Position numbers and translations under genes: made by a program. 64,000 bases of DNA from a bacterium (lineage in GTDB: Bacteria > Electryoneota > JAOADG01): NCBI GenBank assembly GCA_963681965.1, contig OY820579.1, positions 704,001-768,000 on the forward strand, read 5' to 3'. Positions within the stretch are counted from its first letter, which is position 1. Each line of letters starts with the position of its first letter. The notes under the pieces are model-generated. The model was not told where the DNA came from, ran no database searches, and was given only the letters and a program-made list of their open reading frames with translations. Shown here in pieces: positions 23,301 to 31,486 of this stretch.

Positions 23301-26090
23301 ATGAATCTCCATCATCGTTTTCTAAATATATCTCTGCTTGCATTCGCGACGACGCTTATTGTCATCCTCACGCTTCTTCTTCCGCAATCGTCTCATGGCG
23401 TATCGGTGCAATCGACCCGATTGCCGCATCCGTTCCAATTCACCGAGAACAAGGGGCAATGGGATTCTGCGGTCGTGTATAAATGCGAGGTGCAGCGCGA
23501 TGGCTTCACCTGGTTCCTTGAGCGCGATGGTGTCACCCTCGTCACGAGCTTAATTGATTCCTCAAAAATGATAGACGCCAGTAGGGGCGGGCTCCCATGC
23601 CCGCCCATCGATCCTTTTTCCAGTAGGGGCGGACCCCCGTGTCCGCCCCCAAGCGGCAACGATGTTGCCGCCGCAGGGGCGTATGGCATACGCCCTGATC
23701 ATGAATCCTTTCCATTAAAATCTCACGCCCTCAAATTCAAATTTGTCGCATCTGGAGGTGGCGCAGGCCTCCGAGCCTGCGAACGTAGGGGCGAACCACA
23801 AAGTGCTCGCCGAAGGCAATCGCATTCGCCCCTATCCGCTCAAGATGCACCAACCAATCTGGGCGCGTCCGCGCCCACAGGGCGAATGCGATTCGCCCCT
23901 ACAGAAAAATATTCGACACAAGAGGATGTCGGAATAAATTCCGACCTTCGAAAATACACTTGCGCGAAATGGATTGATGCACAGGGGGAATTATCGTGGC
24001 ACAACAATTATTTCCTCGGGAATGACTCATCGAAGTGGGCACCGGATTGCCGGAACTTTACGCGCGTAGTGTATCATGATGTCTGGGATAGCATCGATGT
24101 CGAGTGGTATGAGAGCAAAGGTCATCTCGAATTCGATTTCGTGTTTCATCCCGGTGCCGATCCGAAACAAATCAAAATGGTATGTGAGGGATTGGATGCG
24201 CCAGTAGTAGGCGGAGGACGGACACTCTTGTCCGTAGACTCAATTATTTCTGTCACAAACAGGAGTCGGACAGGAGTGTCCGACCTCCTCTTGTCGAATG
24301 AACTGTCACTCATGACCTCCCTCGGTGAACTCCAGATGTCGATTCCGGGAGCCTACCAATCCACTGCGAATGGAACTCGCGGAAACGCTGTCACGGCACA
24401 ATTCAGACTCGTGTCAGAAAATGTCTTCGCCATCGATTTGCCGAATGGGTATGATGCATCGCAAACGCTTCGAATCGATCCGCTGGTGTATTCAACGTAT
24501 TTGGGGGGATCAGGAAACGACAACGTTTCTGGAATTTGCGAGGGTGGAGTCGATGAAGTGATCGTTACCGGTCAGACTAGTAGTAACAACTATCCTACAA
24601 CAGTTGGAGCAATCCAGGGTGGCTTGATGAGTACCTATTGGGATTGCATTATCACAAAATTGAATTATAACACATCTACACTGATTTATAGTACCTATTT
24701 ATCGATGGGCGTTTGGACTCAGGGAATTGGAATCACTAGCGATGGCAGCAATGGCGCGATTATCTGCGGTGCCTGTTACAACACTATTACTCACGTCGAT
24801 GTGATGTATGCAAGAATCAACTCAACCGGTAATCACTTGATATATAGTGGAACATTAATCGGTGGTTCCGACGATTACGGTTATGCCGTTTGTGGCGATG
24901 GGAATGGGGGGGCGACACTCACCGGTCAGGCTACCAATGGATTTCCCCATACATCAGGTGCATATGATACACTGTTTGGTGGTAGTAACGCATTCGTGAC
25001 AAGAATCAATAACGATGGAGTTATCGTATATAGCACTGCTCTTACAATGTCGACTTGCTACGGAATCGCGAGTGACAATAATGGTGGTGTATTTGTCACA
25101 GGTGGTGCTGGCCGCAATTTTCCGACAACACATGATGCTTTTGATACCACCTATAATGGTGGTTGGGATGCTTTCGTCACGCATTTGAATAGTACTGGTT
25201 CTGCTTTATTGTATAGTACTTTTCTAGGTGGATCAGGTAATGAAAAAGCTTCTGGAGCCGATTGTGATGCATCTGGAAATGTATTCGTAACTGGCTATAC
25301 TTCAAGTGGTAATTTTCCAACAACAATAGGGTGTTTTGACTCATCATATAATGGCGGGCAAAATGATTGTTTTATCACAAAAATCAATCTTATGGGTTCG
25401 CAGTTAGAGTATAGTACTTATTTCGGTAGCTCTGGTGGTGACTGGGGTCAAGCAATTTGTTTGGATGATTCTGGTGGATGTACGGTTACAGGTTATACCG
25501 ACAGTACAGATTTTCCAACTTCAACTGGTGCTTTCGACCGTACGTACCATGGTCGTGGCGATTGTTTTATTACTCATCTGAACAGAAATGGGTCGATGAT
25601 TTCTTATAGTACATATTTGGGAGGCTCTATCAATGATATGGGGTACGGAATAATGAAGAGTGGTTCTGATAGAGTCATAGTAGCTGGAATAACCAATAGT
25701 CCTGAATTTCCACGCACAACGGGAGCTTTTGATACAGTTTATCATGATAGTTATGACTGTTTCATTACTCAACTTAGATTGACTCCAGATTCAAATGAGG
25801 CTGTAATAGAGAATCATTTGATACCAACAGGTGTTTCTCTCTCACATAACTACCCGAATCCATTCAATTCCTCCACCACGCTCTCTTATTCGCTTCCGCA
25901 CGCTTCGATGGTTGAGCTGAAGTTGTTCGATCTCACCGGTCGCGAAATCTTGACGCTCGTAAATCAAAGACAGAATGCGGGTAGTTATCGCATTCATTTC
26001 GATGGTTCTCATTTAACATCAGGTACCTATTTTCTCCGCATGAAAGCTGGTCAATTTTCTCAAACTCGAAAGATTGTCCTGCTCAAATAA
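23301..26090 (+). CDS. Secreted SBBP (beta-propeller) repeat protein with C-terminal sorting-like domain; contains in-frame REP-like insertions
   Basis: FTENKGQW, NYFLGND..KW, RIDPLVYSTYLGGSG, repeated YSTxLGG and FPTTxGAFD, NYPNPFN...KIVLLK. Confidence 0.88.
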   Translation: MNLHHRFLNISLLAFATTLIVILTLLLPQSSHGVSVQSTRLPHPFQFTENKGQWDSAVVYKCEVQRDGFTWFLERDGVTLVTSLIDSSKMIDASRGGLPCPPIDPFSSRGGPPCPPPSGNDVAAAGAYGIRPDHESFPLKSHALKFKFVASGGGAGLRACERRGEPQSARRRQSHSPLSAQDAPTNLGASAPTGRMRFAPTEKYSTQEDVGINSDLRKYTCAKWIDAQGELSWHNNYFLGNDSSKWAPDCRNFTRVVYHDVWDSIDVEWYESKGHLEFDFVFHPGADPKQIKMVCEGLDAPVVGGGRTLLSVDSIISVTNRSRTGVSDLLLSNELSLMTSLGELQMSIPGAYQSTANGTRGNAVTAQFRLVSENVFAIDLPNGYDASQTLRIDPLVYSTYLGGSGNDNVSGICEGGVDEVIVTGQTSSNNYPTTVGAIQGGLMSTYWDCIITKLNYNTSTLIYSTYLSMGVWTQGIGITSDGSNGAIICGACYNTITHVDVMYARINSTGNHLIYSGTLIGGSDDYGYAVCGDGNGGATLTGQATNGFPHTSGAYDTLFGGSNAFVTRINNDGVIVYSTALTMSTCYGIASDNNGGVFVTGGAGRNFPTTHDAFDTTYNGGWDAFVTHLNSTGSALLYSTFLGGSGNEKASGADCDASGNVFVTGYTSSGNFPTTIGCFDSSYNGGQNDCFITKINLMGSQLEYSTYFGSSGGDWGQAICLDDSGGCTVTGYTDSTDFPTSTGAFDRTYHGRGDCFITHLNRNGSMISYSTYLGGSINDMGYGIMKSGSDRVIVAGITNSPEFPRTTGAFDTVYHDSYDCFITQLRLTPDSNEAVIENHLIPTGVSLSHNYPNPFNSSTTLSYSLPHASMVELKLFDLTGREILTLVNQRQNAGSYRIHFDGSHLTSGTYFLRMKAGQFSQTRKIVLLK
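23581..24288. repeat. About 12 REP-like palindromes in three clusters inside the coding sequence
   Basis: Clusters 23581-23695, 23754-23947 and 24213-24288; GC-rich hairpins mostly led by GTAG/GGAG/GCAG; 23757-23782 is identical to intergenic 23063-23088. Confidence 0.8.
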
Positions 26091-26303
26091 TCAGTCCCAA
26101 CAGTTCACTCTCGACGATGTTTCAAGGTTAAACAACCATGAGTAGCAGGAGGATATTTTTGCATTGCCGGTACCGTGAACTGCGGTCTTTCGATACCTGC
26201 GTGAGGCGCGCTAAAAAAATGAAAACGGTACGAGATAGCTCCGTTACGAGTTCTCATACCGTTCTCAATATGTATTTGGAGGTGTTATCACCTCATTCGA
26301 AAA

Positions 26304-26380
26304 TGGTCGGGGAGACTGGATTTGAACCAGCGACCCTCTGCTCCCAAAGCAGATGCGCTACCGGGCTGCGCTACTCCCCG
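26304..26380 (-). tRNA. tRNA-Pro (TGG), CCA encoded
   Basis: Reverse complement CGGGGAGTAGCGCAGCCCGGTAGCGCATCTGCTTTGGGAGCAGAGGGTCGCTGGTTCAAATCCAGTCTCCCCGACCA forms a cloverleaf. Confidence 0.97.
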
Positions 26381-26411
26381 AAAAAGGGTATTCAACAAAA
26401 TATCAAGCTGG

Positions 26412-26665
26412 GAACCAGCGACCAAAGAAACTCCCGAAAGCAGATGCGCTACCGGGCTGCGCTATTCCCCTGAAAAACAGGTGTTGGGTGATAGGGCTTG
26501 GGGGCTGGGAAAGAACTAAAAGATCGAACCAGCGTCCCTCAGAAAACCCCGAATGCTGATGCGCTACCGAGCTACGCTATTCCCCTGAAAAACAGGTGTT
26601 GGGTGATAGGGTTTGGGGACTGGGAAAGAACAAAAGATCGAACTAGCGTCCCTCAGAAAACCCTG
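26412..26665 (-). repeat. Tandem 114-bp repeats (about 2.2 copies) containing degenerate 5' fragments of tRNA-Pro
   Basis: GAAC(C/T)AGCG anchors at 26412, 26526 and 26640; GATGCGCTACCG.GCT.CGCTA.TCCCC shared with the tRNA. Confidence 0.88.
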
Positions 26666-26710
26666 ACAGCAGTTGTTTGATTACACCGCTTCACCAATTA
26701 TCAGCGAGTG

Positions 26711-26739
26711 AAGATAACAAAGATCGCCAGCATCTGCAA
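26711..26739 (-). promoter_or_regulatory. Putative sigma70 promoter for the repeat leader and tRNA-Pro
   Basis: TTGCAG-17 nt-TATCTT on the minus strand. Confidence 0.55.
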
Positions 26740-26904
26740 GAATTCGATTATTATTGGTATTCAAACCCCAATTTTACTTTATAAGTGATCCTTGATGTTT
26801 GAGAAAAAAATAACTTGATCGCTTTCTATTGATATATCGCACACCATTTGCTATTATCCGATAAATAATTTAACCCGCAACTTCACTTAAAAATTGGGAA
26901 GATT

Positions 26905-27279
26905 ATGCCGTGGCAAGCGTCTTTTAACCAATCGTTACAGTGTGTAGAGTTAGTCTACAGTCAAATTGTCACTCCCAAAGAATTGAACGACGCTTTTCTC
27001 GAAGCCGTTCAGATCTTAAGTGATCACAATTCGCGCAATGTCCTCGCCGATTGTTCCGAAATGGTCGGTGGGCATTCAATGGTGGATCTCTATTATTTGA
27101 TTGATCTATATCAATCGGTAGGGCTGCGACACGACATGCGAGAGGCGATCGTGTTACCATCGCTGCAGGCAACGGCAAGTGAAGTGAAATTCTACGAAGT
27201 GGCTTGTTTGAATCGCGGATACCACGTCAAACTCTTTAAGTCCAGAGAGCTTGCAACACAGTGGTTATCGAAAGTATAA
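26905..27279 (+). CDS. Hypothetical protein (STAS/SpoIIAA-like fold possible)
   Basis: 124-aa ORF; VLADCS and VKLFKSRELATQWL resemble SpoIIAA-like small proteins. Confidence 0.6.
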   Translation: MPWQASFNQSLQCVELVYSQIVTPKELNDAFLEAVQILSDHNSRNVLADCSEMVGGHSMVDLYYLIDLYQSVGLRHDMREAIVLPSLQATASEVKFYEVACLNRGYHVKLFKSRELATQWLSKV

Positions 27280-27398
27280 CTTTACAGATCCGACGGTTCA
27301 ATCCCAATAAATTCAACGTACAGATCTTCGATTTATTCAACTTTCCCGGCTTTATTTGTCGATAATTTAAGTACTTGTTCAAAAAACAGCCGACCCAA

Positions 27399-27701
27399 TT
27401 ATACAAAGAAGATTTTTGATATCTTTCCCGGAGCATAGTCATTCACCAATTTTAGCAGTTGCGAGCGTTTTTCCTCGGCAACGTGGCGCCAGGCATCACT
27501 GTCGAACTGAAGTGTAAGTCGTCCGTTTAAATATTCGATTCCCTTAATATGAGGGGAAAAATGTCCAAAAATCTGATCTTTTTCTGCTTTTAACCGCGAA
27601 GCAAATACTCCATCGAATAACCCGTATTTTTCCAAAGTTTGATCGATTACCGAACTTAAATTAACGGTTCGATTTGCTCGACTCTTTCGGGAATATGCCA
27701 T
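27399..27701 (-). CDS. DUF721/DciA-like protein (helicase loader)
   Basis: 100 aa; LSSVIDQTL, GRLTLQFDSDAWR, ISKIFF pattern; adjacent to oriC and dnaN. Confidence 0.65.
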   Translation of the reverse strand: MAYSRKSRANRTVNLSSVIDQTLEKYGLFDGVFASRLKAEKDQIFGHFSPHIKGIEYLNGRLTLQFDSDAWRHVAEEKRSQLLKLVNDYAPGKISKIFFV

Positions 27702-27779
27702 CTTTCACCACTTTTTTCATTTCTTCGAGAGTAACTTGTTCGAATAGTAATTGCAAATTTACTGATGTATCTTGAAGAC

Positions 27780-28100
27780 TTGATAGAGTATGTGGAAACG
27801 ACTATCTTTCAAGCCAATGCATGGTTTTCCACATGTTTTCCACAATTAGCGGATAAATGAGTGGATAAGCGTGTATAAAACCCATTTTTTCCACAACTCT
27901 AAGAGTCTGAGGGGATAAACCAACGAGTAATTCAACTCTATCCACAATGGTATCCACATTGAGGATAACTTATTATTACTCGTAACCAAAGAAAAAATGT
28001 GGCACTAGTGATAACTTATAATAGTTATCCCCGCAATTCACCGATATACTCTTCCTCCTCTTTTTTATATCTTTAGAGAGAAGAGTAAGAAAAGAAACTA
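27780..28100. other. Probable chromosomal replication origin (oriC)
   Basis: About 12 DnaA-box-like 9-mers, e.g. TTTTCCACA at 27825, 27836, 27887; AGTGGATAA 27860; CGTGTATAA 27870; CTATCCACA 27938; GTATCCACA 27950; TGAGGATAA 27960; TTATCCCCG 28025; then a trio-like/AT-rich tract upstream of dnaN. Confidence 0.8.
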
Positions 28101-28138
28101 GCAAAATAACTGATCCGATTTTCCGGAGGATAAACCCA

Positions 28139-29260
28139 ATGCGATTTTCCGTTCCTCAAGACCGTTTTTTGACAGCATTGGAGCGAGCAGCTTCAGTCGT
28201 ACCATCGAAAACTACGATGCCGATTCTACGAACGGTACATGTTGCCGTTGCAAATAATGAACTGGCAATCTCGGCGACCGATCTTGAGTTGATCGTTACC
28301 AGTCGTGTTACAGCCGACACTGCGGAAGATGGATTGGCAGTTATTCCGGCAAAACGACTGGTTGATTTAGCACGCGCATTGCAATCGGATCTTCCGGTTC
28401 GCGTCGAAGACGAAGCTGGTCACTATATGGTGATTCATGCCGGTCAAGGACGTTTTCGCATCGCCGGTGAAGAACCATCGTTGTTCCCGCAACTACCGAC
28501 GTTGCCACCGGAACCGGTCCTCAAAGTTCCTGCAAATAAATTAAAACGGATTATCGAAAAAACATTGTTTGCAGTTGCCACCGATGAATTGCGTCCAGTA
28601 TTGAATGGTGTTTTATTTCAGTTAAAATCCGGCAAATTGCGAATCGTCGCAACCGATGGACACCGGCTTGTTCGCTGGGTCGATGCATCGACGCAATATC
28701 AGGCTCCCGATTTCGATTGGATCGTTCCGAAGCGTGCACTGGAAGTTCTCAACAAGATGGTCGACGGCAAAGAAAATCTGATGGTAGAAGTTTTCCATGC
28801 CCAGAATCAACTTCACTTCAAACAGGATTCAATTGTCTTATCGACCCGATTGATCGAAGGTAAATTCCCGATGTTCGATTCGGTAATTCCATCGAATAAT
28901 CCAAATCACATGATGGCAGATGTAAAGCAGTTTGCTGCTGCCGTAAGACGAGTGTCGGTGTTCTCGGGTTCGTTGACGAAACACATCCGGATGGATCTCA
29001 AACCGGGTGAAATTATCTTGCAAGCGGAAGACCCGGAAGGGGTTGGACGCGGTATGGAACCGCTCGCTGTCGAGTACAGCGGTGAAGCTTTCACGATCGG
29101 ATACAACTCGGCATTCCTCGAGAAGATTTTGTCACAGGTCGATAGCTCACATGTGAAATTTGAGTTATCGGGACCGAGTGGCGCCGGGGTTGTTCGACCG
29201 ACGGAACAATTGGATGGCGAAGATTTATTGATGTTGTTAATGCCTGTTCGATTGAGCTAA
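28139..29260 (+). CDS. dnaN: DNA polymerase III beta sliding clamp
   Basis: SATDLE, RPVLNGV, VATDGHRL, RLIEGKFP, LLMPVRL. Confidence 0.97.
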   Translation: MRFSVPQDRFLTALERAASVVPSKTTMPILRTVHVAVANNELAISATDLELIVTSRVTADTAEDGLAVIPAKRLVDLARALQSDLPVRVEDEAGHYMVIHAGQGRFRIAGEEPSLFPQLPTLPPEPVLKVPANKLKRIIEKTLFAVATDELRPVLNGVLFQLKSGKLRIVATDGHRLVRWVDASTQYQAPDFDWIVPKRALEVLNKMVDGKENLMVEVFHAQNQLHFKQDSIVLSTRLIEGKFPMFDSVIPSNNPNHMMADVKQFAAAVRRVSVFSGSLTKHIRMDLKPGEIILQAEDPEGVGRGMEPLAVEYSGEAFTIGYNSAFLEKILSQVDSSHVKFELSGPSGAGVVRPTEQLDGEDLLMLLMPVRLS

Positions 29261-29261
29261 T

Positions 29262-29432
29262 ATGTTGAATATTTCCGTGAAGAACCAGAAAGCAGTCGAA
29301 ACGGGAGTTGGGTTTGGTACTGCTTTGGCGATTTGTATTTCGTGGTCGCTGAACCACTCCGTGATCTGGGCGATTATTCACGGCATACTTACTTGGTTTT
29401 ATGTACTTTACTATATTTTCTTTCTAAGGTAG
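29262..29432 (+). CDS. Small hydrophobic membrane protein (56 aa, below ORF-track cutoff)
   Basis: MLNISVKNQKAVETGVGFGTALAICISWSLNHSVIWAIIHGILTWFYVLYYIFFLR; fills the gap between dnaN stop and the next ATG (1 and 3 nt spacing). Confidence 0.75.
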   Translation: MLNISVKNQKAVETGVGFGTALAICISWSLNHSVIWAIIHGILTWFYVLYYIFFLR

Positions 29433-29435
29433 ATT

Positions 29436-29933
29436 ATGCGCAATCAGATTCTCTGTATCGTTATCGGATTGTTGGCTGTCGGTGTGGTTTTTTCACAACC
29501 GGCACCAATCGAAATTACCAGCGACAAATTACCCGATTCGATTAAAACAATTTCCGGACCCGACGGCAGAATCCTAGCCGATAATTGCCCGGTACTTGCG
29601 ATCAGGATGAAAAACGAAAAACCAGGAATTCCGGTAGCTGGAAAAGGAATCGCTAAAGATGAAATGGTCATTACAAAATCGGCGATCAACCAGTACAAAA
29701 CCTCACCGGGCGGAATTTATTTTACCATGACGGCGGCTGATTACGATGAGTATTTTGTTCCGACTCAAGCGATGAAAAAAGAGAAGATTATCTTTCGAGT
29801 GTTCGATCGACCGGATACCACATTTCCTGCCGGGATGATGTATGCCGATAGTCCGATTTACGAAGTTCCATCGGGACCGGCATCGATCGATCAACTGCAT
29901 TTTGGCGACTGGAAAAAAATACCTGCGAAATAA
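29436..29933 (+). CDS. Exported hypothetical protein
   Basis: Signal peptide; 165-aa ORF in the dnaN gene run. Confidence 0.7.
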   Translation: MRNQILCIVIGLLAVGVVFSQPAPIEITSDKLPDSIKTISGPDGRILADNCPVLAIRMKNEKPGIPVAGKGIAKDEMVITKSAINQYKTSPGGIYFTMTAADYDEYFVPTQAMKKEKIIFRVFDRPDTTFPAGMMYADSPIYEVPSGPASIDQLHFGDWKKIPAK

Positions 29934-30040
29934 GCAGTCGTTTCTTTTTACGAGTATATTTTATTAAACATATTGTTTATAAGAGTTTTAGAAAATTGAC
30001 GACTGCTGGGTCGTCTTTTTTTTCATCTGAAGAGACTGCA

Positions 30041-31417
30041 ATGAAGTTACCGGAATTGAACGATACGATTTGTGCGTTGGCAACGCCGTTAGGTCATTCG
30101 GCGCTTGCAGTAATCCGCTTGAGTGGTCCTCAATCGTTTGCGATTACCGACGCCATTTGCAATCGCCCGGTTTCCCATACAAAAGGTAATCGTCAATTTT
30201 TTCGGAAACTTCTTGACCGCGACGGTACTATTCTCGATCAGGCAGTTATCTTAACATTTCATGCGCCACACAGTTTTACCGGACAGGATGCGGTCGAATT
30301 CTCGCTTCATGGATCTCCGTTACTTATTGAAAAAACAATAAATAGGCTATTAGAGTGTGGCGCAAGAAGCGCCGCTCCTGGTGAATTTTCGCTCCGGGCG
30401 TTCTGGAATGGAAAAATTAGCCTTGATCAAGCTGAAGGGATCGCAGCGCTGATATCTGCTCAAGATGATGTTTCGCGAGTCAGTGCGTTGCGGCTATTGG
30501 AAGGTGAGGTAGGTCAGCATACACAGTCAGTTTACAATGATTTGACTGCTTTGATTGCCAAGCTTGAACTCGAACTCGATTTCAGTGAAGAGGATGTGCC
30601 GCTCTATCCAACAATAGTAATTATTTCGCAAATTGAAGCCATCATTCAATTTATCAATAAGTTAACTGCGACATCGCAACGTACGAAGAATGCTGCCGAT
30701 GGAATACGCATTGCGATCGCCGGACCACCGAATGTCGGTAAATCGTCGCTGTTAAACCGGTTGTTGGCGCGTGACCGGGCAATCGTTTCGCATATCCCGG
30801 GAACAACGCGCGATGTGGTTGAAGGTGAAATTCACCTTGCAGGTCGGCAAGTAAAGCTTTATGATACCGCAGGTATTCGACATACTGAAGATGAAGTCGA
30901 GCGGGAAGGGGTTAAACGGAGTCGGCATGTTCACAAAAATGCCGATTTGGTGCTATGGCTTCAGCAAGCTGATCGCGTCGGTGATCTGGAAAATCTTGAG
31001 ACCGAAACCGCCAAAACGCGCTGGATTATTCTGAATAAAATCGATTTAATTGATTCTGAACAACGTAAACAACTTCGGAAACAATTAAAAAAGGTCGTAT
31101 ACCCAAAGATTTACTTGTCAGCGAAAACTGGAATTGGGATTTCAGTATTATTACAGCAGTTAGAGCTGTGGATAACTCAGAATTATTCATCTTCATCTGA
31201 TTCGATTGTTCCGCTCAATAGTCGGCACGAGAAGCTATACTTCAGCGCGAAGAAATCTCTACAGTCAGCAAAATCAAACAGTTCCAAAAATGCTGCGATA
31301 GAAATCGTGGTGGAAGACCTTCGAGCGGGACTTTCGTATTTATCAGAGATTACCGGCGAAAACGTAAATGAATCGGTGTTAAGTAAAATATTTTCAGGGT
31401 TTTGTATTGGTAAATAA
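30041..31417 (+). CDS. mnmE: tRNA modification GTPase MnmE (TrmE)
   Basis: DTICALATP, GPPNVGKSSLLN, PGTTRD, DTAG, terminal FCIGK. Confidence 0.97.
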   Translation: MKLPELNDTICALATPLGHSALAVIRLSGPQSFAITDAICNRPVSHTKGNRQFFRKLLDRDGTILDQAVILTFHAPHSFTGQDAVEFSLHGSPLLIEKTINRLLECGARSAAPGEFSLRAFWNGKISLDQAEGIAALISAQDDVSRVSALRLLEGEVGQHTQSVYNDLTALIAKLELELDFSEEDVPLYPTIVIISQIEAIIQFINKLTATSQRTKNAADGIRIAIAGPPNVGKSSLLNRLLARDRAIVSHIPGTTRDVVEGEIHLAGRQVKLYDTAGIRHTEDEVEREGVKRSRHVHKNADLVLWLQQADRVGDLENLETETAKTRWIILNKIDLIDSEQRKQLRKQLKKVVYPKIYLSAKTGIGISVLLQQLELWITQNYSSSSDSIVPLNSRHEKLYFSAKKSLQSAKSNSSKNAAIEIVVEDLRAGLSYLSEITGENVNESVLSKIFSGFCIGK

Positions 31418-31421
31418 TTGT

Positions 31422-31437
31422 TGTTTCACGTGAAACG
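31422..31437. promoter_or_regulatory. parS site
   Basis: TGTTTCACGTGAAACG, 15/16 to consensus TGTTTCACGTGAAACA. Confidence 0.9.
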
Positions 31438-31459
31438 GGATTTGTAGGGGTGTTAATAA

Positions 31460-31475
31460 CGTTCCACGTGAAACA
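31460..31475. promoter_or_regulatory. parS site
   Basis: CGTTCCACGTGAAACA. Confidence 0.88.
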
Positions 31476-31486
31476 GGGAGATTGGT

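Noticed and set aside
26324-26665. CRISPR-like array near tRNA-Pro
   Set aside because: Intervening sequences are near-identical rather than unique spacers, the unit is 114 bp and tRNA-derived, and no cas genes are present.
26138-26680. Short ORFs overlapping tRNA-Pro and its repeats
   Set aside because: Antisense translations of the tRNA (MVGETGFEPAT...) and repeats.
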